This document shows, piece after piece, positions 20,226 through 29,295 of a DNA stretch of 64,000 nucleotides. The translations under genes were made by a program, and so were the position numbers. Below the pieces are notes generated by a model. It saw nothing but the letters and a program-made list of their open reading frames with translations, had not been told where the DNA came from and did not search any database. This DNA is from an uncultured Gammaproteobacteria bacterium. GTDB lineage: Bacteria; Patescibacteriota; Patescibacteriia; Magasanikbacterales; UBA922. The stretch covers positions 64,248 through 128,247 of the forward strand of contig CAZMHV010000004.1 of assembly GCA_964566225.1 (NCBI GenBank), read 5' to 3'. Each line of letters opens with the position of its first letter. Position 1 is the first letter of the stretch.

Positions 20226-20957
20226 ATGGAAAAATTTAGTACACAATTCAATGAAGCCTCAATGCAGTATTTCCGTAATCGTGATGGTAAACCAACTGAG
20301 GTTACTTTTGAGGGTGAACATTTTTTGGGCGAAGGGGGTTTTGGTAAAGTCTTTACCGTAGATGCTCGTGTTGGAAATCATAAAAAACGTTTTGTTGTGA
20401 AAAGATTTTTTGATACAGATGAAAAACCTGCAGAATACTATGCAAAAAAAGCTGTTAAAAATTATACGGTTGCACAAGATGCTGGTTTGAAAGTGTTCCC
20501 CACATATCGTTTGGGTGAAGATAATAGTATTTTGATGACATCAGGGCATTCGTATGACTGGATTTGTGTTGGTACCAATGAAAAGACTTCGAGTATTGAA
20601 AATTTTGGTAAGAATAAAATAAAAGAAGTAGAAAATTTTGAAGATTTTGTGAAATCAGTTTTTGAGCATACTCGTAAAGCTGCCGAAGCAGGGATCAGTA
20701 TTTATGAAGATGGGTATTTCTTTTTTGTAAATACACAAAATAATGAAATAGATTTTATTGTAGGTGATCTTGATAATGTAACAAAAAAAGAAAGCATATC
20801 ATTTGATACACTCTATCGGTATAATATCCGTCAAGCAGCAGAGGCTTTGTTTGCTTTTTTTCATTCAAATGTGGAGCTAACAAATCAACACTATCTTGAA
20901 AAGGTCCAACATTATTATTTTGAATTGAATGAATCTTTGAAAAAAAGAGCTGCTTAA
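20226..20957 (+). CDS. Protein-kinase-like protein. It has a glycine-rich loop (LGEGGFGKVF) and a beta3 lysine (VVKRF), but no recognisable HRD catalytic loop.
   Basis: Direct reading of the motifs. Length is 243 aa and the composition is AT-rich, host-like. Confidence 0.45.
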   Translation: MEKFSTQFNEASMQYFRNRDGKPTEVTFEGEHFLGEGGFGKVFTVDARVGNHKKRFVVKRFFDTDEKPAEYYAKKAVKNYTVAQDAGLKVFPTYRLGEDNSILMTSGHSYDWICVGTNEKTSSIENFGKNKIKEVENFEDFVKSVFEHTRKAAEAGISIYEDGYFFFVNTQNNEIDFIVGDLDNVTKKESISFDTLYRYNIRQAAEALFAFFHSNVELTNQHYLEKVQHYYFELNESLKKRAA

Positions 20958-20992
20958 AATTTTGACCAGGCGCTCAAAATTGATGAAGAATT

Positions 20993-21793
20993 TTATTCCA
21001 CTTTGGTAAGTAACCATTCTTTTCCTTGTTCGCCACCATACTTGAGTACGTTTTGTTTCCAAGTTTGGTATGGGGTGTACTCAGAGGTTGTGTTCAGTGA
21101 CTGAAGAGTGTGTGGTGCACCATATGCTGCCAACAAAGCTGCGCTTACTGTTTTTGGTGAGGTAAAAAGTGGGTGCCCTGTGTCACGAATGATTTCAAAT
21201 AAAGGATACGAAGAAGAAAAATTTTGGAGAATCTGTAGGTAAACATCTATGGGTGCATCAAGACCTGCTTCATATGGTCGACTAAAGGACTCATTTCCTG
21301 CATGTACTTCGTGGAGCGCTTCGCCAAATGCGTCAAATTTATCAAAATATTTTACTACAACGGCTTCAACATCATTCACATCAAGATTTTGATATCGTTG
21401 TAATAATTGGGTGTAATTATAATTTCCAATCATTTTGGGGAACATGGCGGATACTTGGTCAATGGCGCGTTGTTCTTTGGCATGAAGATCTTTCATTTGC
21501 TCGGCTGAGTATTTGAGTTTTTCTGCGAGCATAATATCACCAAGTGCAATTTCTAAATCATCATGAATAAGAGCCATGAGTTGTGCTACTTCGGTATTAA
21601 ATTTTGGATACGCCATTTTTACAAAAGGGCCTACTTCTTCAATCATCCACGCCAAACGATGTGAATGCTGCCACAAATTGGAGCGATACATCATGACTGG
21701 AAATCGGTGGTATCGAATAATTTTTTGTAGGGCTTCTTTGCGTCCTTTGAAGTTTATGTCAATCATATCTTGATAGAGTAAACTATCGGGCAT
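20993..21793 (-). CDS. HD-domain phosphohydrolase.
   Basis: H…HD motif (HSHRLAWM…ALIHDDLE). Start set at MPDSLLY because a terminator hairpin occupies 21801-21838. Confidence 0.6.
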   Translation of the reverse strand: MPDSLLYQDMIDINFKGRKEALQKIIRYHRFPVMMYRSNLWQHSHRLAWMIEEVGPFVKMAYPKFNTEVAQLMALIHDDLEIALGDIMLAEKLKYSAEQMKDLHAKEQRAIDQVSAMFPKMIGNYNYTQLLQRYQNLDVNDVEAVVVKYFDKFDAFGEALHEVHAGNESFSRPYEAGLDAPIDVYLQILQNFSSSYPLFEIIRDTGHPLFTSPKTVSAALLAAYGAPHTLQSLNTTSEYTPYQTWKQNVLKYGGEQGKEWLLTKVE

Positions 21794-21800
21794 ATTTTTG

Positions 21801-21838
21801 CAAATAAAAAATCCCTCCACCAAAAGTGAAAGGGATTT
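21801..21838 (-). terminator. Rho-independent terminator of the upstream PfkB/adenosine-kinase gene (minus strand AATCCCT…AGGGATT followed by TTTTTTATTTG).
   Basis: 7-bp stem plus a T-run right after the stop at 21851. Confidence 0.5.
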
Positions 21839-21850
21839 TCTTAAAAACAT

Positions 21851-22801
21851 CTATTTTAGTTCCAATTTTTTTCCATAGGCTTTTTCGTAGCGTTCCGCAA
21901 ATTCATCTCGTGTAAACTTGTGATTTTGTGTGCCATACTGCTCAACCGTATAGGTTGCTGCGACACTTCCTACGCGTCCACAGGTTTCCATGTCGAGACC
22001 CTGTACATACGCTGTAAAAAATCCTGCGCGGTATGAGTCTCCGGCGCCAGTCGGGTCTTGTACGGCAAATGCAGGGCAAGGAGGAATTTCAAACAACTCA
22101 TCTTTACTTCGAATAAAAGAACCTTTTTCACCAAGTGTGACAATTACAAATTCTACATGGTTCAAAATTTCTTCAGTACTCCAACCAGTTTTTTGCTCAG
22201 TGAGTTTCATTTCATAGTCATTGGCAATGTAGAACTTTGCTTTCCCAATCATGGTGCGGAGTTCTTCGTCAGTAAAAGCAGTCAGTTGGTGACTTGGGTC
22301 AAATACAAATGGAATATTTTTTTCTGCACATTCATTGGCATGTGCAATCATGGCTTCTTTTTTGGTGGGTGTAATGAGGGCCAAAGAAATTTCTTCACTC
22401 ACGTCATTTACATTGAGCTCGGTTGCTTCGTCTCCAGCTCCACTATAGTACGCAATCACCTGATTGTGATCTTTGTCTGTGGTAATATGTGCCGAAGAAG
22501 TGAGTTTGCTTTTGGAAACCGGGAGGTATTTGGTGGATACTCCATGAGATTCAAGAAATTTTTTGTATTCTTCTCCATCACTTCCAATCGGGGCAAAAAT
22601 AAGTGGGTTGCCACCAAGCATTTGCATGGTGTACGCAATGTTGCCGGCGCATCCACCATAGTTTTTGCGCATTTGATCTACCACAAAACAGACATTCAAA
22701 ATATGAATTTGGTCGGGCAGAATGTGATTTTTGAAACTATCTGGAAAGTCCATGATGTAGTCGTAGGCCATGGAGCCCGAGATGAGGATGTTTGAAGGCA
22801 T
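21851..22801 (-). CDS. PfkB-family kinase, probable adenosine kinase.
   Basis: DPTGAGDSYRAGF signature. The neighbouring ahcY suggests adenosine salvage. Confidence 0.7.
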   Translation of the reverse strand: MPSNILISGSMAYDYIMDFPDSFKNHILPDQIHILNVCFVVDQMRKNYGGCAGNIAYTMQMLGGNPLIFAPIGSDGEEYKKFLESHGVSTKYLPVSKSKLTSSAHITTDKDHNQVIAYYSGAGDEATELNVNDVSEEISLALITPTKKEAMIAHANECAEKNIPFVFDPSHQLTAFTDEELRTMIGKAKFYIANDYEMKLTEQKTGWSTEEILNHVEFVIVTLGEKGSFIRSKDELFEIPPCPAFAVQDPTGAGDSYRAGFFTAYVQGLDMETCGRVGSVAATYTVEQYGTQNHKFTRDEFAERYEKAYGKKLELK

Positions 22802-22827
22802 AGTATGACTCGTATTCCGTCGTGGTG

Positions 22828-22922
22828 TAACTTTTATTTTTTCATTTTTTGAAACGGGGTCTGCGACCGCCGCCCTCTGCGGAGGGTGGTGATCAAAAAA
22901 CGAAAAAATAAAAGTTACACCA
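22828..22922. repeat. Perfect 22-bp inverted repeat (GTGGTGTAACTTTTATTTTTTC … GAAAAAATAAAAGTTACACCAC) enclosing a GC-rich 51-bp core. The core has its own hairpin CCCTC-TGCG-GAGGG.
   Basis: Read directly in the sequence. It lies between two minus-strand genes. Confidence 0.65.
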
Positions 22923-22948
22923 CTCAGGAAGTTAAAAAATTTGTAAGT

Positions 22949-23635
22949 TTACTTGGTAGTTGAAGATGTTGTCTCGGGTCTACTGTTGATTACTGCTTCA
23001 ACAATAGCAGCGCTAAATCCTTCGTAACTGCCAGGAGTTTTCAAGTATTTACCATTGAGAAAAAAACTTGGTGTTGCATTGACATTGTTTTGATTTCCAC
23101 TTGCCACATCCTCTTTTATTTTGGCAGATACAGCATCACTGGTGAGGTCTGTTTTAAATTTATTTTCATCTAAACCAAGTGAGTGGGCATAGTCAATAAA
23201 TTTACTTTCTGGGTTATCAAGATTACTCCATTCGTCTTGGGTATTGAAGAGCATATCATGGTATTCCCAAAATCTTCCTTGAAGATTGGCAGCTTCAGCA
23301 GCCTTTGATGCAGCTTCAGCATTTTTGTGTAAACTGGTCAGAGGATAATTGCGATAGACGAAACGGAGTTCTTTGCCATATTCAGCAGAGAGTTTGCGCA
23401 GGGTTGGTTCTAAATTTTTGCAGGCAGGACACTGAAAGTCACTGTATTCTACCAATGTAACGGGCGCATCCATTGGACCTTTGACATGGTCGCTTGAAAC
23501 AACGGGAGTTGTGAGTTCTGCTACGGTTTCACTTACTCCTTTGGTTCCCATTTTGGCAAGTCCAAATAGAAGTGCAAAAGTTCCAAGGACAATAAGTCCA
23601 ATGGTGATGATCGGTTGTGTCTTTGTGTTCTTCAT
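22949..23635 (-). CDS. DsbA-family thiol:disulfide oxidoreductase with an N-terminal membrane anchor.
   Basis: N-terminal hydrophobic segment and the FQCPACK CxxC active site. Confidence 0.8.
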   Translation of the reverse strand: MKNTKTQPIITIGLIVLGTFALLFGLAKMGTKGVSETVAELTTPVVSSDHVKGPMDAPVTLVEYSDFQCPACKNLEPTLRKLSAEYGKELRFVYRNYPLTSLHKNAEAASKAAEAANLQGRFWEYHDMLFNTQDEWSNLDNPESKFIDYAHSLGLDENKFKTDLTSDAVSAKIKEDVASGNQNNVNATPSFFLNGKYLKTPGSYEGFSAAIVEAVINSRPETTSSTTK

Positions 23636-23649
23636 ATATATATTAATAA

Positions 23650-24930
23650 TTATATTCTTTCTAATACCACTAACCCCTCGGTATGCGGTGTTCGTGGAAA
23701 AAAATTATACAGTTTCATAAAAATAATTTTGTATCCTTGACTGAGGAGTCTCAAGTCTCTCGCCTGTGTTGCAATGTCACAAGAAAGGTACAAAATACGT
23801 TTTGGTTTTTTATGGAGCAGGGTGCCCACAACTTTGTCATGCAAGCCAGCTCGTGGTGGATCCACAATTACCATCTGATCTTTTTCAATGAACTGGAGCA
23901 TTTTTTCGGCGGGGGAACAGATGGCTTCGGCATTGGCAAGATTATTGCTCGTAATATTTTGGGTAGCGTAGTCAACGGCTTCTTGGTTGCTTTCTACGAG
24001 TTTGGTAGCAATACGACTTTGGGAGAGTGGTAAACTAATAGCTCCAACACCAGAGTAAAAGTCTACCAAAGGGATATGTGGATCAAGAAATGCCGCAATA
24101 TCTTTGAGCGCTTTGGTAAAAACTGGAATGTTGATTTGAAAAAAACTTAGGAGTCCAAATTTGAGTTTGGTGCCCAAAATTGTGGCAGTCAAAGAGTCTT
24201 GTCCAACACTGTGCAGCAGTGCTGTCGGCACTGAAGCAGGGGATTTGTGTGTGGAATAATACAAGTGAAAACCTAGGAATCTTTCGGAAAGTTTTGGGTA
24301 TGAGGTAAGTTCAAGTCTGTCTTTGATAAACAGTGCTGCTATAGCCTGCCCTTCACCATTGCTACGCAAAATTAAACTTTTGAGACTGCGCAGGGGGATT
24401 TCTTCTTGCTGCACCCATGACAAAATATCTGAAGCAACTTCATTGATAATAGGTTCTGCTAATATTTCTCCAGTTACAGGAGTGAGTACTTTTTTGCCTC
24501 GTTCAAAAAAGGCAAGCGATACCAAAGGTGAGTTTGGGTCTGGTTTACAAAAACTAAACTCAATTTTATTTCGGTATCCAAGTTGGTGGTCACCTGCTTC
24601 GATGGTGAGTTCTTGTGGAGAGACAATCATGTCTCCAATTTTACTATATTGTTCGGCTGCAATATTTTTTTTCCATTCATTTTCATAGGCAAAATCCATG
24701 ATCTGCCAAGGACTTGAAGACAAAAAGTGAGCTTCTTCTGCCTTTTGACGGTGCTTGGATGGTTTCAAAATATTGACCGCTACTGCTTCTGCGTAGTCCT
24801 TTTTATTGCTTATATATTCACACTCGACTTCCTCTTCAGGAAGGGCGTTCCATACAAAAATAGCCTTGCCATTGATATGCCCAAGACCCTGGCCTCCTCC
24901 AACGAGTTTTTCAATAAAGATTTTTTCCAT
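23650..24930 (-). CDS. 23S rRNA (uracil-5)-methyltransferase RlmD/RumA-like (TRAM domain plus class I SAM methyltransferase).
   Basis: DPPRAGL motif IV, DFYSGVG motif I, and an N-terminal TRAM-like region. Start at MEKIFIEK. Confidence 0.75.
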   Translation of the reverse strand: MEKIFIEKLVGGGQGLGHINGKAIFVWNALPEEEVECEYISNKKDYAEAVAVNILKPSKHRQKAEEAHFLSSSPWQIMDFAYENEWKKNIAAEQYSKIGDMIVSPQELTIEAGDHQLGYRNKIEFSFCKPDPNSPLVSLAFFERGKKVLTPVTGEILAEPIINEVASDILSWVQQEEIPLRSLKSLILRSNGEGQAIAALFIKDRLELTSYPKLSERFLGFHLYYSTHKSPASVPTALLHSVGQDSLTATILGTKLKFGLLSFFQINIPVFTKALKDIAAFLDPHIPLVDFYSGVGAISLPLSQSRIATKLVESNQEAVDYATQNITSNNLANAEAICSPAEKMLQFIEKDQMVIVDPPRAGLHDKVVGTLLHKKPKRILYLSCDIATQARDLRLLSQGYKIIFMKLYNFFPRTPHTEGLVVLERI

Positions 24931-25064
24931 ACATGAGAAAATTTGAGTATGTTCTCTTTTGATACACCGACGCACCTGCGTTGTTTCTGCCAAGAGAGAG
25001 TGGGGCTATACTATCAAGGAAAAGTAAAAAAAGCAACCCCCAGCAAGAGGGTGCCAGGGGTGAG

Positions 25065-26843
25065 TTAGTCCAGAAAGAAAAGCGGAACTTTGAGATTTTT
25101 TATCTCTTCGAGTCTATAATCCAGGACTCGTTTGCCTACAAAGATTGTGGTGAGGGTGTTTTCTTTTTTGCTAATAATGTCAATGTTATCTTGCAGGAGT
25201 CCTTTGCGGCCAATATAATCAAATTCGAGAGGGGATTCTCCTTTGAGTACTCGGTGTTTGTTCATTTGTTCAAAGGCTGTTTTGGCTTGTTCTTTTACAT
25301 CTTCTGCGAGTTCTGGGGTATATTTGTCTTCCAAACAGTGAAGGAGCACAATTCTGGGTATATTGTGGTGTGATGCCCACTCAACTACGGTGCTGAGACG
25401 ATCTAAAAATGAAAAACCACGAGAAGCCAATATTACAAACGGGAGTTTTCCTGAGCCAAGTTCAAGTTGTTCTTCGTCTGCAAGTGGAGTGGCTACCTTG
25501 AGGTACTTGGCAACGAGTGGAGTAAGTGGTGGTTGTATAATAAGGGTACACAAAATAACCCACATTCCCAAGGGAACCAAAGCCTCACTGCCTGGGATTC
25601 CAAGACTGACCAAGGTGACAAGCAGTACTGCTGGTATAGCACCTGTTTCACGAACAAAAGAAATAAACAACAGGTCAGTGAATGGCATTTTTTGGTTTTT
25701 GAACAATAAAAATGGAGTCAGAGAAATAAAAACACTTATTGGACGAATAAGAAACATGAAAGTAAACGCACATACAATCCCAAGGGGTGCATAGTGGATC
25801 ATGGATTCAATATTTACAATTGCTCCAAGAAGTATAAAAATGATTGGCTTCATAAACCCTTCAATCATGTGATTGAAGAATTGTTCGGTTTCTTGTAAGT
25901 GTTTGGATACCAAAAACAGAAGTCCTGCGACAAATGCTGCCAGGTATCCACTTCCGTGAAAGGCTGCTGCCAAGGCAAAAATACTCAGCGGAACAAAAAG
26001 AAAAAATGCTGCGTCTACTTCAGCTTCGTCTTTGCGTTGTTTGGTAAATCGAGTTAAAAATGTGAGTAAAAAAGACCCGAGCACACCAAAGACAACACCA
26101 AAAGCAATTTCTTCAAGGAGTAAGAGTCCACTCTGCTTATTGAAAAGTTGGCTATATGCAGAGACAACCGAAGGAAATGTTGCGTGTGCAGTAAGGGTAA
26201 GAAATACAAGAGTCAACAGTGTTCCTGTGACGTCTGTTACTGCACTTTCGGAGATAATGATATCTTTGGTTTCACGTTTGTGAAACCGAAGACGTTTGAG
26301 CACTGGTATAATAGCAGCAGGGTCCGTTGATGCCAAAATTGCCCCAAGCAAGATACTCACGGTAAGCGGAAGTGAAATGTGAAAAGCAAAAGCAAATTGA
26401 TTGGTGATTATTGAAAATAAAAATGCAGTAATAACTAAACCAATAAATGAAAGGGATAAAATTTTTGGGAGGAGTTTTTTGAAGCTTTGGAACGGTGTTT
26501 CAAGCCCACCACTAAATAATATGAGTGTTGCCCCAATACCAACAATAATGCCGAGAGTTTCTTTGTTTTGTGTCAGTGGTTCGAGCAGTGGTGCTGCCGC
26601 AAGACCAAAAAAAATCGCACCAACAAAAGAGGGAAATACGGTTTTATTTGAAAGATGGTGAACCGTAAAACTCAAAATAAATAAAGCAGAGATACTAAAA
26701 AATGTTAGCAGGGTGGTATCTTGCTGTGTGGTAAAAATATGTAAAATATTTTTGGAAAAGTGTGAGAAAATGAGTGTTATACCAATCCCTAGAACAAAGA
26801 GGATATATGGGGATATGCGTTCTTTGAGGTTCATATATTTCAT
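25065..26843 (-). CDS. Cation:proton antiporter-family membrane protein with a C-terminal universal-stress (UspA-like) domain.
   Basis: About 12 TM helices followed by a soluble alpha/beta C-terminus (PFVILASRGFSF…RIVLLHCLED…). Confidence 0.5.
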   Translation of the reverse strand: MKYMNLKERISPYILFVLGIGITLIFSHFSKNILHIFTTQQDTTLLTFFSISALFILSFTVHHLSNKTVFPSFVGAIFFGLAAAPLLEPLTQNKETLGIIVGIGATLILFSGGLETPFQSFKKLLPKILSLSFIGLVITAFLFSIITNQFAFAFHISLPLTVSILLGAILASTDPAAIIPVLKRLRFHKRETKDIIISESAVTDVTGTLLTLVFLTLTAHATFPSVVSAYSQLFNKQSGLLLLEEIAFGVVFGVLGSFLLTFLTRFTKQRKDEAEVDAAFFLFVPLSIFALAAAFHGSGYLAAFVAGLLFLVSKHLQETEQFFNHMIEGFMKPIIFILLGAIVNIESMIHYAPLGIVCAFTFMFLIRPISVFISLTPFLLFKNQKMPFTDLLFISFVRETGAIPAVLLVTLVSLGIPGSEALVPLGMWVILCTLIIQPPLTPLVAKYLKVATPLADEEQLELGSGKLPFVILASRGFSFLDRLSTVVEWASHHNIPRIVLLHCLEDKYTPELAEDVKEQAKTAFEQMNKHRVLKGESPLEFDYIGRKGLLQDNIDIISKKENTLTTIFVGKRVLDYRLEEIKNLKVPLFFLD

Positions 26844-26911
26844 AAAGTAGAATCAAGAATTTCTTATTGTAGGCGCTTTTGTAAAAAAAACAAGATCAAA
26901 GAAATTTGCCT

Positions 26912-27748
26912 CTAAGAATGTTTGGGAGAGGATAAAAATTTCATACATTCTGCTCCCAAGAAGATTGTTTGTGAAGAGTAGTACACCCAAAGGAGCATTG
27001 CAATAAGAGAACTGGCTGCTCCGTACAGAGAGTCAATTTGTATAAAGTTAAAATATATTTGAAGTAAATATTTACCAATTTCAAATAAAAGAGTAGTACA
27101 TAAACTTCCGAAAAAAGCTTGTTTCCACGGGGTATGTGTTTGGGGTAAAAACTTAAATGTAAGTGTTATTCCAATGAAAAATGTAAATAAACTAAAACCA
27201 AAACTGAGAAATGAAAAAAGTTCGTAAGGAATATGAATGTTATTTATTTGGTAAGCTGCAATAGACGAAAAAATACTTTGTAGAAGTGTACTCGCAATAA
27301 AAAATACACAGAGCAGCCCTACCATAGACATAAGACCGATTTGGTTGAAAAGAAATTTAAAAAAATTTTGTTTTTTTATGTGTACACCAAGTATAGTATT
27401 GAGAGAATCTTGGAGTTGCCAAAAAACTCCACTGCCAAGAAGAAAAAGAAACAAGAGATTAAAGATGGTATGGAAGTTAAGTGTTGGTGTGTAGAGTGTT
27501 TTTTGGAGAGCAAAGTTGATAACAGACTCAACTCGTTCACCAAAAAGAAAAGTCGTAGCGTCAAGAAGATTTTTTTGTAGAGTAATAGGATCAAAAACAA
27601 AATGAGCAAGAGTGGTACATGCCAAGAAGAGTGGGGGAAGTGCAATAATGGTATAAAAAGAAAGCGCTGCACCTTCTTTGAGACATCCATGCGTGTACCA
27701 AGAAAAAAGAAGTCTTTTTAGAAGTGACTTGGGTTGAAGTGCAGGCAT
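26912..27748 (-). CDS. YihY/BrkB-family membrane protein.
   Basis: GAALSFYTIIALPPLFL signature and six TM helices. Start at MPALQPKS. Confidence 0.6.
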   Translation of the reverse strand: MPALQPKSLLKRLLFSWYTHGCLKEGAALSFYTIIALPPLFLACTTLAHFVFDPITLQKNLLDATTFLFGERVESVINFALQKTLYTPTLNFHTIFNLLFLFLLGSGVFWQLQDSLNTILGVHIKKQNFFKFLFNQIGLMSMVGLLCVFFIASTLLQSIFSSIAAYQINNIHIPYELFSFLSFGFSLFTFFIGITLTFKFLPQTHTPWKQAFFGSLCTTLLFEIGKYLLQIYFNFIQIDSLYGAASSLIAMLLWVYYSSQTIFLGAECMKFLSSPKHS

Positions 27749-27767
27749 ATCAATCTCGAAGTTTGTT

Positions 27768-28892
27768 TTACTGAGACCACTGAGAAATAATATATTTGAT
27801 ATCACTTGCGTCGACAACAAGCACTCCAATTTTTTCAATATTTTTTTCTAAGTTTTCTCGTTGTGTGATGAGCGTAGCCGCAGGGTGAGGAAGTTGGCGG
27901 ATAATTTTTTTGTCGATAGTTTGAATTTTTTTCCAAAGTGCTGCGAGTTCTGGGTGAGCTGCTGCTGCCGCATGGTGGAGTAAGAGGGGAATAGATTCGT
28001 GAACGTGAGAAACTCGAATCAGTGATGCGGCTTCGTCAAGTGCATCGAGGGCTTTGTCTGGTTGAGTTCTGTTTTTGATAAATTTGTTGGAGTAGTAAAT
28101 TGCTGCTTCGAGTGCTGCATCGGTAAATTCTACTTTGTGGTACTCTCGGTATTTGTCCTTGAGTCCTTGGAGAATTTCGAGGGTATCAACATCGTTTGGT
28201 TCTTCAACTTCGACAAGCTGAAAACGGCGTTCCAGTGCTGGATCTGTCTGGATGTATTTTTTGTATTCTGCGAGCGTTGTCGCTCCAATCATTTGTAAAT
28301 CTCCTCGTGCCAATGCAGGTTTGAGGATATCAGAGAAGTTGAGTGAACCCTCGGATCCTTGTGATTGTATGACTGAGTGAACTTCGTCAACAAAAAGAAT
28401 AATAGAACGCTGTGACGCTGTAATATCGTCAACCAATTGTTTGGCACGTTCTTCAAATTCTCCTCGGTATTTGGTACCCGAAAGAAGGTTGGCGACGTCA
28501 AGAGAAAGGACACGTTTATTTTTGAGTGTTTCAGGGACAAGGTTATTGATAATTCTTTGAGCGAGTCCTTCTACAATCGCTGTTTTGCCGACTCCTGGGG
28601 CACCTACTACCAAAGCATTGTTTTTGTTTCTTCGAGAGAGGACTTGTGCGAGACGCAAAACTTCGTCATGTCGGCCTATAATTGGGTCAATCTTTCCCGC
28701 ACGAGCCATTTCTGTAAAGTCAATGGTAAATGCGTTGAGCGTTGGTGTAGAGTTTGTATTGGGTTTAAATGAGTGCGGTTCTGAACCTGTGGGAGATTTT
28801 TTGTCTTTTGTATGCATGGAAAAAAATAAGAGTACTCCAACAAGAGAAAGTACTGAGACTTGTCCAGGAAAGGTTTGCAAAAATTCGAGCAT
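27768..28892 (-). CDS. Clp/Hsp100-type AAA+ ATPase with the D1 module only and an N-terminal TM segment. It is shown at full length to 28925 in the ORF track.
   Basis: GRHDEVLRLAQVLSRRNKNNALVVGAPGVGKTAIVEGLA signature, Walker B ILFVDEVH and sensor GATT. There is no middle domain or D2. Confidence 0.6.
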   Translation of the reverse strand: MLEFLQTFPGQVSVLSLVGVLLFFSMHTKDKKSPTGSEPHSFKPNTNSTPTLNAFTIDFTEMARAGKIDPIIGRHDEVLRLAQVLSRRNKNNALVVGAPGVGKTAIVEGLAQRIINNLVPETLKNKRVLSLDVANLLSGTKYRGEFEERAKQLVDDITASQRSIILFVDEVHSVIQSQGSEGSLNFSDILKPALARGDLQMIGATTLAEYKKYIQTDPALERRFQLVEVEEPNDVDTLEILQGLKDKYREYHKVEFTDAALEAAIYYSNKFIKNRTQPDKALDALDEAASLIRVSHVHESIPLLLHHAAAAAHPELAALWKKIQTIDKKIIRQLPHPAATLITQRENLEKNIEKIGVLVVDASDIKYIISQWSQ

Positions 28893-29034
28893 ACAAAAGA
28901 TTATTTTGTCTCTAGTATACATCATTTTTAATATTTTGAAAATTTTTAGAGGAATATTTTTTTACATTGACATTTTTTGGTTTTTGTGGTAGGGTATATT
29001 CATACATTTCCTACATGTAGGATTAAAAAATACT

Positions 29035-29280
29035 ATGATAAAAAAGAATGTAACTGAAGAATTTTATGGCACAACCACCCTTGGTGAAAAGGGCCAGGTG
29101 GTAATTCCAGCCGAAGCCAGAGAGGCCATGAAGCTCAAAAAGGGTGAAAAACTTTTGGTGTTTGGATTTGGCTGTGAAATGATTGCCTTTGCCAAGGTAT
29201 CGGACTTAAAGAAATTTGCAACTCACTTATCAAAACAATTGGAAAGTTTGCAAACTATTATTCAAAAAAATAGCAGATAA
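29035..29280 (+). CDS. AbrB/MazE/SpoVT-family DNA-binding protein.
   Basis: Swapped-hairpin motif TLGEKGQVVIPAEAREAM. Length is 81 aa. Confidence 0.7.
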   Translation: MIKKNVTEEFYGTTTLGEKGQVVIPAEAREAMKLKKGEKLLVFGFGCEMIAFAKVSDLKKFATHLSKQLESLQTIIQKNSR

Positions 29281-29295
29281 CTAAAAATATTTTGT

